Source: Phoronis australis
Taxonomy: Eukaryota > Animalia > Phoronida
Length of the DNA stretch: 64,000 bases
NCBI GenBank assembly: GCA_002633005.1
Contig: NMRA01000890.1
Span: 44,794 to 108,793, forward strand
Direction of reading: 5' to 3'
Both the position numbers and the translations under genes were made by a program. Position 1 is the first letter of the stretch; each line of letters starts with the position of its first letter. This document shows, one piece after another, positions 12,826-25,145 of this stretch. The notes beneath the pieces were generated by a model. That model saw only the letters and a list, made by a program, of their open reading frames with translations. It did not search any database and was not told the origin of the DNA.

Positions 12826-13195
12826 ACCCAGAGCGTTGAAATGCGCCCGCGAATGCACAGCAGACAGTGTGCTTCAATGGGGTGTTTATCTGTATCTTAA
12901 ATTTTGCCAGATGGCGCAAAATACGTATAATCCATCAGAAAACGGAAATTTTCATGTTTTCTTTAATTGAAAGCTATTTACTACATTTCATGAAAAGATT
13001 TAGCGAATATTCAGAGAAACAGTGGGACATGGAAAAATGAAATTGCCCTTTGGGTGCACAGCGTTAGTCGGATACGTCCGAAAAACGTCGTCGTCCGTTG
13101 CCGATTTTATATAAACTTACTGGATTTAATAAAGATCCTGCAGTCGGTTTAGGCAATACAGCAATCCATGGCTGAGAGACGGACAACGCATGCGC
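12826..13195 (-). mobile_element. Internally deleted Helentron-type (HINE) copy
   Basis: Reverse complement of the family 3' end (agagcgttgaaatgcgccc) plus internal repeat remnants. Confidence 0.65.
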
Positions 13196-13231
13196 AGCAG
13201 CAACGCAGAGTACGCATGATAGACAAGTTAT

Positions 13232-14401
13232 AGACCTAATTCACGCGGCGGACACTAAAATCCAAAGCGAGTACAACATGGGTATTGGATCTTAAAAATG
13301 TGTCGATAATTAACCACATAAGCGTTGAAAAATATATTAGAGAACAAGACAATGCACCAAAGAGCTGTCTGTCGAAAGGGTTTATTTTTTCCGAAACTAG
13401 GTTCGAAACATGAAAAGTAAATATGACCAAATTGCGGCGATCCCAGTGTTACGGATTAGGTATTATGCTGAATGCAGGGTTACGTTTCTTCTTGTAAATT
13501 GTTGATAAAAATTCATTCTACAATAACTCGCATTGTTGACGAGTTAAAGATGTATTCGACATTGGTGGCTCATCGCAGTCTACTGTCATGTGCAATTAGT
13601 CACATCAGATTTAATTTTTTGATCAAGAATATTAACATCAAGCATAGTCTGATCCTGGTGAGGCAGGGGGTACACCGGGACTAACAGTTAATTTGTCATT
13701 GATCTGAAAGAATAATTAGTGTTATTAAATATCCTTTTATTGAAATAAAAACAGGCTCGTATTTCAAAATAAAATATTTGACTATAAATTCTGCTTTCTT
13801 GGTTCTAATAATTTTTACGCCTGCCTCTCGATCACCATCAATAGCGCCCCCAACCTGTTTCAAGCTCTCATAGGCTCTGTCTCAAGTAGCATTTTGTGCT
13901 CTTTCAAATTGTCATCTGTGTGATTTGAACTTCGGAGACAAATTCTCAATCACTGAGGGATTTTTATGGGGGAATTTCGTATGATTTCTCAATAATTTTG
14001 AGAAGGGAAACGATAGAACGATTGAGGGCCCTGTGCTTTTCGGAAAGAAAAAGGCATCATGCTTCAACCTGTAGCCATGAAAACACAGCCTGCCTGGCCA
14101 TTCTTTGATTGTTGCTACAATGCTCGGCAATCGAGATGCGACAAATTACATGCATGATCTCTAACTTTTCGAAAACATTTATCAATTTTACACGAACATA
14201 TTATTCGTCGCAACGTATGGCAACGACCCAACATGCTTCCCTATCTCAACAATCCGTAGGTATTGTAAAACAAACAGTTGGGTGTCCGTATTTTTTCTAT
14301 CCATTCGAGCAACGCGGAATACAACTTTGCCGATAAGCCAACACAACAATCGTAGCGAGCCTCGTTTTGGAACCCGCCTTCTGTTTGCGTGATTTGGGTC
14401 T
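13232..14401 (-). mobile_element. Non-autonomous TIR element, ISL2EU-like, with THAP remnant (copy 1)
   Basis: TIRs agacctaattcacgc / gcgtgatttgggtct flanked by AT on both sides; homologous in inverted orientation to 53996-56542. Confidence 0.8.
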
Positions 14402-14420
14402 ATATGGAAGGGTAAACGAC

Positions 14421-16100
14421 TTAAAGGAGCATACCACCCAAAAAACAACCTAATTTGCATCAATTTAGATCGAGTAGTTCTACTCCAAAACGACACGTAC
14501 GGTTGCGTTACCTGACACCTGACGGCAAACGGAGGTGTTGAAATTATCCAGTGACCTCATCGGTTTCACACGCAGTTTGTTCAGCAGTTCACAACATGGG
14601 TTACTGGTGTCAGATTATCGCTAGAAGTCATCGTTTAACACCAATAAATCATCAAACTTCGATGCAAATCCCTTAAAAATACATCGAGTTCTTATAAAAA
14701 CGTGTTGTTTTATTTCGCTCCTACCGATTCATTGGTATTTGGACACACCGTAGCCTACAAAGTTCGGCAGGCCAACTAGGTCCGTATCAGGAGTTTGGGG
14801 TCTGTTCTTAGATAATTTCAAAGTATTTTCCATGAGATACAGACAGGAGAACCTAGATCTGTGTTGTTTAGACTAGTTTAGACTCGTGATTTTTCGAGTT
14901 CTAAGCACAAAACGCTTGTTATCCTAATCAGTGGCTCGGAGCCCGATCAGGCCCGTCGCGGCCGCCCGGATTGACTCCGGCGTTGCCACGGCCAGTGGCT
15001 CGGAAACTGATCAGACATCACGAATATAAACCAGCCAAACTTCAGTGGAAACTAAACTTCCATTCAAGAAGAAAATACTATACTAGTGAGCCAAAGTAAT
15101 GTGCACGTGATTATGTTGGTGAATTAGCCACGAAACTGCAAATCTACTTACTCGTCGAGGGCCGCCAATTCAAGTTCCGCTTTGGCCACAGCACCTTCAG
15201 GGCAACAGTTGTACATTGACCATCATTATTTGAGTAATGTAAATGTTAATAAAGATTCCCCTAAGACCTGGTCGTTGGATGGAAATCGAGTTGCTTCACA
15301 ACAGTTTCTGCCAGCAAACACTAAATTAACATGAGCTCACACGGACTCGGTGTCCCGTCAACTAGTTTTATTGCACCTAAAGCTGGTAACACAGTAATTT
15401 ATTCATTGCTGGCTTTTCATATCATTTGCACTCACGAACTCTCCAAAAGCATTACAAATTGCATCTAATGAGACAGACTTTGTTTCAGTTTTATATAACT
15501 ATTGGCTAGGGAGAGAATAATTCATTTTGAAACAGAGCGCTCAGTATAGTAATAAACGCCAACATGGCAACCGTCGCAACCCCGACAAAGGACGAGCTAG
15601 AGCTCATCAGTCCCGACTTCAATTCGAACAGGAATACAGTGATGAAGAAATACTAGAGAGTCGCCGTGAACAAAGTCAGACAACGGAACGTATGGAGTTA
15701 TTTGGTAAGCCGGCATTCGTCAGGCACTGTCGACGTATGCAGGCCACAGACACGGAGATGTTTCACGGCCTCATACTTGCTGTTTACAGCGTACATTTCA
15801 TTCTTCACTGCCATGAGCCACTTCCTAAGCATTTCGGACTCTCGAAGAAGTAAAAAAACGATATACCCGCTTTCCTCGCAGCTGCTTAATAGTTCGGACA
15901 AGCGAGAACGATGCACCGCAACATAGCGGCATTCACTCTGCATATGAACCAGTGACGTTGCTAGCGTCGTTTCTCACCTTCCTCACAGGTTAACGCGACA
16001 CCTCTTGGCAAGGTAAGGTCGACCGTATGCGAGGCGATGTGGATATAGACCGATTAAGACGGCAAAAAGACTAATTAAATTGGGTGACATTCTCCTTTAA
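14421..16100 (+). mobile_element. Kolobok/T2-type non-autonomous DNA transposon, copy 1
   Basis: TTAA on both sides; TIRs aggagcataccacccaa / ttgggtgacattctcct; two further full-length copies in the window. Confidence 0.9.
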
Positions 16101-16225
16101 GTTTTACAATTCGTTACATGAATACTCGACAATAAAACCAGTGTGCCGAGCGCCCTTGAAACCTAATATACTGACAAAACTTGCTGTAAGTGAAGACGTT
16201 ACCAAAGAAGTTGCAGTCAACTTAC

Positions 16226-16301
16226 ATTTATGCAACCCTTTTCAGCCAACGTGACAGATTGACCACCACTTGATGAGAGTTTGCCAATATTTGAAGAGCA
16301 A
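16226..16301 (-). CDS. Astacin gene exon: catalytic domain, CxSxxG...Q.VxL...C segment
   Basis: ttgcag|CSSNIGKLSSSGGQSVTLAEKGCIN|gtaagt; 76 nt, phase 2 to 0, fits both neighbours. Confidence 0.93.
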
Positions 16302-16742
16302 CTGCAAAAACAGTTTAACACCATTAACTCACTGACGTCCGTTGTTATTTGGCATTTGTGTGTAATTTCCAAAAGGTTTTAGAAATCTAGGTTCTCTTTT
16401 TCGCCCAGATGCGCTTATGATTCACGATTGTGAATATTTTTATTTGATTCAGTAAAAATTAACAAGATTCTTTTGTCTATAAATGTTCCCAAATTTCAGT
16501 TGCAAGAGAAAGATTTTTCCAAAATCCTTATTATGCCGGGGCTCGCGGGATATCATCGACCTAAAATTTATTTTTAAAGGTTTGATTTTGTGTTGTTAAA
16601 GTTTCTACATGATTAATTTACACGATTCCTATTTTTTAAGCTTCAAATACCTCTTGCATTATAGAACGTGACCATGTTGTGCCAGCACTAGTGGAATTTG
16701 TAGATACGACTTTTTTCCACATCCAACATATATTTCTATCAA

Positions 16743-16744
<2 letters not shown>

Positions 16745-16809
<65 letters not shown>
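16745..16809. repeat. (AT)n microsatellite
   Basis: Direct observation. Confidence 0.98.
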
Positions 16810-16810
<1 letters not shown>

Positions 16811-17702
16811 TACGATCACTGGACTCGCTGAGCTCAGTTATTCTTTTCACGCTTACTTTCAAGTTCGCGTAAAACTTAAGGTGTTGCGGAACCCAGTTTT
16901 CTATGACGTCAATCGGCTCTCGCAGTTAAGTATGAGTCATAATTCACGCTCGCGTCGCGTTGAAAACCTCTCTAATAACCTTGACGAAATTTGAAAACAT
17001 TGTTCTTTAAACTCCTAGTAGCACACATGTTAACCCTTATTAAATGGTTAGAAGAAATCATAAGGAACCACGCAGTACCTATATCATAACCAATACACAA
17101 TCCGTAGTTGAAAAAGTTTAAATGAATGCGGCGCTTACGATTCCGACCCAAAGAGTACACCTTTATTTTGAACCGTACAGTGTACATGTAAAACATTTGC
17201 TGATGTTTTCCTCTACTTTATTACCTAAATGGATACTGCTGCTGAAATTTAACGCCCCCACGCGATGACTCAAGGCTGTTCTCAACAGCCGAGCGACGTA
17301 CTTCACAAACTTATGATTACGCATTAAATGCCATTCGTCATGTGCAAAAACAGGTAGAATTTAGACACTAGATCTTCGTGTTTGTATAGAAAGAGAATCA
17401 AAAATAACCAAAAGTAGTAACAACGCATTTACTCTCACGGCGATGGCAATAGGTTTTTAAAGACAACATGACCGTTTCAGGAATGGTTCCTGAACTGACG
17501 CACAGGAACTCAGTTCACGAAAATGCACGGGAATAGTCGATGATTTCCCGATCTCTGCCGAGGCTCATAATTGCGCTAAAGAGGCTTTAAGTTTGATAAA
17601 ATGAAGGATTCGATTATTTTGACTTAATCTGGTGTACATTGATAAATTTTTGAAGTAGATTCCCCTTTTAGATAAGGACTTCAATCAACTTTAAGACCTT
17701 AC

Positions 17703-17923
17703 ACATTTCCATCGCCGATTTTCAAATAATTAGATTCCGTTGTTCTCCGAGGAAACCGTAGACAGGTCTTTTTCTCCCAATGCGCGATTGCCTCCTCGAT
17801 TTTTGCATTCGTGGTGCTCAGCTGAAAAGGTCTTCTCCTGTCGTACTCCCAGGGCACCACGCCGTTCGGCCAATACGAAACCCAAGATCTCTCATAAGCC
17901 TTTCGTTTGGATATTTTGTCAAA
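17703..17923 (-). CDS. Astacin gene exon: basic activation site and N-terminus of the mature protease
   Basis: ttgtag|FDKISKRKAYERSWVSYWPNGVVPWEYDRRRPFQLSTTNAKIEEAIAHWEKKTCLRFPRRTTESNYLKIGDGN(V)|gtaagg; 221 nt, phase 0 to 2. Not in the ORF track. Confidence 0.95.
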
Positions 17924-18358
17924 CTACAAGAAATACTTACATGTGACACTTATGAAATATCATTAGTTTTGTATCATTTATGGAAAAGATAGTTTTAAGG
18001 CAATAAACTGAAATAAAACAGTTTTGGATTTTTTCAGATTCGTTTGCTTGGTTTAAAATGAACAAATGGCAATACGTGTAAATCATTGATACACGTAATT
18101 TCTTCTTTGGGGTACACCTGCAACTGAAAAGACTCCTTGCTTGCATCTTCTCATGAACCAGCGTGGTTTTCACATACGAAATAAGCTTTAAAGTTCCTCA
18201 CTAAAAGTGCTAAAATTATTTACCTACAGACAAATTTGCCGGTTTATGGGGAAGCGATATAAAAATACATCATAATACATTTAATTAAAATGTCTCAGAA
18301 GAAAATGGTCGCCAAAGAAGAATCGATTTCTTTGGTTAAAACAAGAAGAACTTGCTAC

Positions 18359-18466
18359 CTCATCTCCAGATTTTTCACTTTCCAGTCCAAGTAAAACCTT
18401 CTGAACATGCGTTAATATTATGTCGTCACCTTCCTCGTCAGGGTCCACGTGATGGGAGACGGGCAT
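18359..18466 (-). CDS. Astacin gene exon: prodomain
   Basis: ttttag|MPVSHHVDPDEEGDDIILTHVQKVLLGLESEKSGDE|gtagca; 108 nt, phase 0 to 0; resembles the astacin prodomain EGDI.L aspartate-switch motif. Confidence 0.75.
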
Positions 18467-18805
18467 CTAAAAATAAGACCAATTTGAAAGCAACTCCACA
18501 TCGTATTGTTACAAAATTCCGCGTAGCATCGGCGTTGGCTCTGTCATAACATTCACCGTTTTTGACAGTTCTTATCTAAGCAGAATAACAAAAGACTTCT
18601 ATTTTTCTAACGGAGAGTCACTGGTCTTTGTCCGGAAATCTTTCAAAAGTACTATCAACCCCTACCTTTATCTGATCATGCAGACAGCAACACACTTTTA
18701 TTCACAGTGTAAGTTTCTTAATGATTGCTGAAAGATTGAACTGTTCATGACGACTTCAATGAAAAGTTTGCAGCTGTAAAATAAGTGGTACTGGGCGAAA
18801 AAATT

Positions 18806-21275
18806 GACAAGAGCGCCGTGGAGCGCTGAAATACGCTCACGAATGCACTACAAACTCATTGGGGTGTTTTTATTTGAACAATGGCTACTAAAAGGCGCAA
18901 ATTATGTCAACTCATCCGAAAACTGTTATACATGTATGTCATTAAAACTTTATACCAAATTTCATGTGAATCCGTCAAGGAACGTCTGAGAAAAGGATGA
19001 AAATGGAAAAAAACGTGAAATCGTCACTAGGAGGCTAGGACTATATATTACTCCCAGCTAGGAGGCTATGGGCGCAAAAACATAACTGCCAAAACGAGAC
19101 GCCATAGTAGCGCAAGACACTGGAAATAATTTTCAGTCGTCTTCTTTACATTATGAACATACACGCCAACTTCTACAATCATCTTTAGAGTCGGAATGGT
19201 TTCTTTGATAGGAGGGTGGTTGCCAAAAACAGACTAAAAACAAAAAAATGACCACTAGATACAAAATATGTCGAATCTATTCAAAGCTAGGAATATTCCA
19301 TCGATTCAATAGCAACATATTTACTAAATTTCATAGAAATTCGACAAACAGAGGAAATCAGAAAAAAATGAAATTGTCACTAGGCGCCACAGTGATTGCC
19401 GGGTCCATCTAAAAGTCGTCGTCTTTAGTTTCCAACTTCATATACATGTAAATGTCTTAAATTTAACAAAGATCCGGCAGAGGGCGTAGGAGATACAACT
19501 ATGGAGGAAAACACTGCTACTAGGAGGCGCCAGAGTAACCAAAGTCGTCAAAAATGACAGCAGGAACATACGTGCCAATTTATACTATAACCCTTCAAGT
19601 AGTTTGATTGGCGCCATAGTAACCAAGGTCGTCAAAAAATAAAAACACGAACCTACTTGCCAAGTTATACTATAACCTTCAAGTAGTTTGGTTGGCAGAC
19701 GGACATACGTCAAAAATAGACTCTAAAACAAATATCAAAAATGGCCTCTAGCCGACCCAAAATACCTTGAATCAATGCGGAAATAGGAGGATAGCTTCAT
19801 CTCGCTAATAAATGCCTATCAGGCAAATTTTATGAACATGCGTTGAGGAAAATGCAATGTACGTAGGTGGACTTTAAAATGTAAAATTGCCACTTTGCCG
19901 CACACCGGTAGTCTGATCCGTCTGAAAGTCGTTGTCATCTGTTGTCAACTTATGATATATTCCCTTTCAGAATTCAATAAAGATCCTGTGGAGCCGCTAC
20001 GAGATACATGTACAGAAAAAAATGAGAAAAAACAAACAACACTCTCATTAGAAGGCGCCATAGTAGTCGAAGTTGTCGCAAAATCATAGTCAGCTGACCT
20101 GTTCACAGTAAGAAGATATACGCAAGATTTCACAATCATCTCTGGTGCGGTTTCGTTGACATACCCAAAAGACAGACTCGAAAGCATTAAAAATGGCAAC
20201 TGAGTGGCGCAAAGTACCTCGGATTCACCAGAAAAGGGAAGCATGGCGTAATCTCACTAAGTGCAGTTGATGAACTCCACAGATAAAGAGGAAATTGTAA
20301 AAAAATAAAATTGCCTTTTGGGCCACACCAATAGTGCTAGAGGTACCAAATTTCCCGCCTTTTGTCGACTTCTTCATAGAAACAAATATGCGTAATCTCA
20401 CCAAGACCCTTTGAGGGTCTAGGAGATGCAGCTGCGGACGACGGACGGCGGATACCAGGAAGCTGGGAGGCTCAGACCGAGATGACAGAATCCTTCATCC
20501 ACATACATGTATAAATATGCAGTGGCTAAAAACTGCAGCACAGTGCTTTTAACTGTCGTCAGNAAATTTATGAACATGCGTTGAGGAAAATGCAATGTAC
20601 GTAGGTGGACGTTAAAATGTAAAATTGCCACTTTGCCGCACACCGGTAGTCTGATCCGTCTGAAAGTCGTTGTCATCTGTTGTCAACTTATGATATATTC
20701 CCTTTCAGAATTCAATAAAGATCCTGTGGAGCCGCTACGAGATACATGTACAGAAAAAAAATGAGAAAAACAAACAACACTCTCATTAGAAGGCGCCATA
20801 GTAGTCGAAGTTGTCGCAAAATCATAGTCAGCTGACCTGTTCACAGTAAGAAGATATACGCAAGATTTCACAATCATCTCTGGTGCGGTTTCGTTGACAT
20901 ACTGTACCCAAAAGACAGACTCGAAAGCATTAAAAATGGCAACTGAGTGGCGCAAAGTACCTAGGATTCACCAGAAAAGGGAAGCATGGCGTAATCTCAC
21001 TAAGTGCAGTTGATGAACTCCACAGATAAAGAGGAAATTGTAAAAAAATAAAATTGCCTTTTGGGCCACACCAATAGTGCTAGAGGTACCAAATTTCCCG
21101 CCTTTTGTCGACTTCTTCATAGAAACAAATATGCGTAATCTCACCAAGACCCTTTGAGGGTCTAGGAGATGCAGCTGCGGACGACGGACGGCGGATACCA
21201 GGAAGCTGGGAGGCTCAGACCGAGATGACAGAATCCTTCATCCACATACATGTATAAATATGCAGTGGCTAAAAA
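18806..21275 (-). mobile_element. Helentron-type (HINE) copy; 5' part duplicated by assembly
   Basis: Reverse complement of the 3' hairpin end at 18806 (acaagagcgccgtggagcgctgaaatacgc), several internal gccactagg repeats, and ggacgacggacgg near the 5' end. Confidence 0.75.
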
Positions 21276-21885
21276 CTGCAGCACAGTGCTTTTAACTGTC
21301 GTCAGTGTGGAGTACATGTACCTGATTGTACATTAAGTAACAGAAATACTCGACAACAATTCATGTAAATCAACATTTAGATTGCCACACCTTGGCCCAC
21401 TGAAATTTCGTAAGAGGGTTCCAAACGAATTGTTCTGATCTCTCAGAAGACAAGGACCTGTTTTAGACGAGATCTTTGAACTAGTGTTCGGAATCTTTAA
21501 TGTTTTCCAGTTTCATTGCACTCTCATTGTTTCCTTAATTTTAAGAGTTTGTACTTTCAGAAATTCACCACTTACTGAATATTTTTTTAAGTCAAAAACC
21601 TTGCATGTACATGTATCCGCATTTTACTTTGTGTTCATTAAAATGGGATATTTAAATTACGATATTTTGTAAACATTTGATTTCACGTTGGCAGGTCGTT
21701 ACTCACGACAGTTTTTCGCTTGGCTGTCGGAGGGTAGTTAATATTTTTATCTAACTTTTTGGTTATCGTCGTCATAAATTAATGAATCATGTCACAGTTT
21801 TTGGAATAAGGTATTCAGGGGTATTTTTCACGCACAGTAATTTCACTTAGAGCCATATTCCAGTAACAGTTCCAAATGTATTTAC

Positions 21886-21945
21886 CTTTTCACTTCCGGT
21901 CTTTTCCACAAGAATTTGCCTTTCATGCTCGCCTTCTGGCACCAT
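21886..21945 (-). CDS. Candidate astacin prodomain exon
   Basis: ttatag|MVPEGEHERQILVEKTGSEK|gtaaat; 60 nt, phase 0 to 0, compatible with exon 1 and the 18466 exon; no diagnostic motif. Confidence 0.45.
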
Positions 21946-22119
21946 CTATAAGTGTAAATTGAAGATGTACTGACATCCGGGTTCTAATTCAAGAAGGATT
22001 GCCTAGTGTGTACAACAGCTTCTTAATGCACTTTTTTGATCTAGTGAAATTTTGCTTTTCACGCACAGTATAAATATATCAGTTTCTATTAAATACATGG
22101 TTATTATAAGTTAGCTTTG

Positions 22120-22600
22120 AAGGTAAGGAGGTAAACGTAAAATATATGATTGCCACTAGGGGCACTCCGGTAGCCTGATCCGTCCGAAAGTCGTCGTCAT
22201 CTCTTGTCAACTTCAAGTAAATACATTTAAAAAAAAATGTTGAACATCATGTAGAGCCCTAGGGAGATACAGCCATGAGCGCAAAGACAAACAAAACTGC
22301 CACTAGGATGCGCCACAGAAGTCGACGTCGTCGGAATATTATCATCAGCCGCCCTCACAGTAAGATATATGCCAATGTTCAAAATCATCCCTAAAGCGGT
22401 TTTATTGGCAGAGGGGCGCACACCAAATACAGACTCGAAAATCATAAAAATGGCCACTACACTGTACTTCAGATACTGCAAATTACCTCAAATCCATCCA
22501 ATAACAGGAGTATAGCGTAGTCTTGCTAACAGTTTCGTAGATTCCAAATTATATGAAAATTCAGTAAGTACTTCCCAAAATACGTAATTGCCTGGTGCCA
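22120..22600 (-). mobile_element. Helentron-type (HINE) internal repeat fragment
   Basis: attgccactagggggcactccggtag...gatccgtccgaaagtcgtcgtc matches the family repeat. Confidence 0.7.
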
Positions 22601-24049
22601 AAACCCAATGACGACCTTAGAGACAATTTTCAGGCTCACATGAATAAGTCATGTGATTTTTAATAAAGTATTCCGATTTGTGCAATATTTTGAGGCAATT
22701 TAGAAAGAAAATGATGTGAATTTTTGAATGTCAGTTCTCTGAAGTATACTGTACATTGTTTCAGACTTACCGTTATTGAGTTATTTGACTTTGATATTCC
22801 AAAAAAATAAAAAAAAAATATTTTTTCAAAAAATTAAAGGAATTTTGCATAACTATTTCCTTAGATAGAGTTTGTAAGGGCTTTCAGAAATTGTTTTCCA
22901 ATTTTTGCTAGATTGTCTAATTTTTTAATTATTCGAAATTTTCCGAAAGCGCTGTTCCTTTCTTGACCGACCTTACGTTGATTATGGTTTAGCTTCTATT
23001 GAACAACACTGCAGGCCATTTCTTACTGATTTCTTACATCTTCGCTAGTCATAAGAAAATGTTACCGTGTTGTTCATATATACCACCTTCATCACCGCAA
23101 TCATCATCGTCGTCATCTCCATCGCCAAGTGTCGACCGCTCTGATTTCTGACATCTACGTCCGTCATATGAATGTTATTACATGTATGCTGTTGCTCATG
23201 GCAACCACCACCATCGTATTTGTCATCTTCGTCATCATCTCCATCATCGTCTTTTCGGTTAATTACGCCAATTGTCGCTCCTCCGAGCAGTTTCATATTA
23301 TTCATTATCTTGCTAGTCAATTTCTAGTTTTTGGACGAAAAATTTTATGGAACTCAGTCGCCATGGTAACAATTATGCATATCTACTTCTATATTTAACT
23401 TGAGCTTGGTTTACCCTGTACATACTGTATTGCTCATTATTGCCAGAAGTACTTTACATATTAAGATACTTCGGTCCCAAGAAACCGATTTAAGTTCATT
23501 TTTCTTAAGGTTAAGATTTGTCTCAACTTCCAATCTTTGAAACTTCCACACACACTGCCTTAGTCAAAATTAAGGAAAACATTTAAAATATTTGTTCTTG
23601 AAACGGAATTGTCACGAGAAATTTTGAAATTTTGTCTTAAATCTGACTGAAATTTAATATTACTTTTAGCTAAATCAGACAGTTGTCTTGAAACAGGCCC
23701 CTGATCTCAACCTGACAACTACTTACCTGAATTTCGACCTTCCTTATTCAGTTCGATATTGTTCGAGACCATGATGAGCTAATAAAATGACACCCGTGAA
23801 CCAACCAACTTGTGGAGCATTTTCTCAAGCAGTAACGAATTCTCAGTGTTTTCGCTGCTACTGTACATGTATTTTGATTGAGAAACGATTTGAGGCTAAT
23901 GTTATAATGTCAAGAAACCTGAGTCAAAGGTTGTTTGTTTGACGAAATTTATAGCAGCTTACAGCTTAGTGGTTGCCAGTCAATCTGTTAAAAGTTGAGC
24001 ACCAATGTATACAAATACGAAATTCATAAAACATAAAAAATACTCTTAC

Positions 24050-24133
24050 CCTAAGTGGATGTGAAATGGTCCGACGGGTTTGAACCAAATCGAAGACGAC
24101 TGCAGCTGTTATGGCGACGACTACCGCTCTCAT
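24050..24133 (-). CDS. Probable first coding exon of the astacin gene (signal peptide)
   Basis: MRAVVVAITAAVVFDLVQTRRTISHPLR|gtaaga; 84 nt, hydrophobic N-terminus, good donor. Confidence 0.7.
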
Positions 24134-24179
24134 GATTTTAAGTCCAGAAATCAAAACGGATTTTTCCCCAGTAAAATAC

Positions 24180-24380
24180 AGTTCTTTTTATGCTAAAACA
24201 CGTGACACCGTTCTGATCTCAATATTGGCAATAGGAAACATCATGAGCGAACATTCGATTAACTTAATTCTAACAAACAACCTGTCAAACCAATTTTTGC
24301 CTGTAGGTTGTTCGGAATTTTGTCATTCAAACCATAGCTCCGCCCACAGAAAAAAATGCTTTTGGGTAGTGTTCCGCCCA
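24180..24380 (-). promoter_or_regulatory. Possible proximal promoter of the astacin gene
   Basis: On the minus strand: CATAAAAA about 55 nt upstream of the ATG, CACGTG near 24200, CCAAT near 24226, GGGCGG near 24342 and 24377. Short motifs only. Confidence 0.3.
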
Positions 24381-24745
24381 GTGGTACAGCGAAACATTGT
24401 AAAAATCTCCAGTATCAATGACAACATGATAGTTTGCGTAGTCATCTAATAGAAATGGGAGGGAGGGGCTTTGAAATGTACAATAAAATGGCCTATGAAT
24501 TTGCTCTTCCACAGTTTCCTTGCGGTCTTGACTTGATCCAATGATTTTTCAGTTGTCTTCCACACCTTGTATTATGGTCGTCACGGGTGGACGCCATCAG
24601 ACGTTTAGGGGAAGTACTGTACGCTTTTAATATTTCCACCACACGCACAAATGCGGCAAAACGGATTTAAAGAACTATTAAAAGGGGTTTGTAGTAGACG
24701 GTTGTAGTAAAGACCTGTCAAGGGTGGAAAAGAGTGTGTCTCCTG

Positions 24746-25145
24746 GGCCCGGTCTCTAATCTTTGTACTCGAAACGAACTCGAAAATATTTTTGGCAATT
24801 TCTGTGCTCTTTTTGTGCGAACCTAAGATAATTGGTTATCAGAGTGTGCTTGAATACATTATAGTTTATGCATAGGAGTTTCTAGTTCAAGTTTGCCCTT
24901 GAAGACCCTTATATTTATGCTACAAACTCGAGTAAAACTCGAAATTTCGAGTTCAAACTAGAACTTATTGCTTTAACATTGGGTTTACAAACTGTGAACT
25001 AAGGACCATAAATTATCTACGTAAGTTATTGTGTCCTCGAGCATAGAATAATAGACACTTATCTTGAGTTCCCCCAAAAGTAGAGAAGAAAATGCCAAAT
25101 CTAATTTCGAGTTCCATTTCGAGTAAAAAGATTGGGGACCGTGCC
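24746..25145. mobile_element. ~400-bp TIR MITE (Harbinger-like)
   Basis: About 40-bp imperfect TIRs: ggcccggtctctaatctttgtactcgaaacgaactcgaaa / tttcgagttccatttcgagtaaaaagattggggaccgtgcc. Confidence 0.8.

Noticed and set aside
23045-23398. Acidic and hydrophobic ORF pair
   Set aside because: Low-complexity (CAT/CGT)n-like sequence with no convincing splice sites.
23727-23778. Candidate exon LIMVSNNIELNKEGRNS with a strong donor
   Set aside because: Exits in phase 1, which gives a stop in the next candidate exon; left out pending RNA data.
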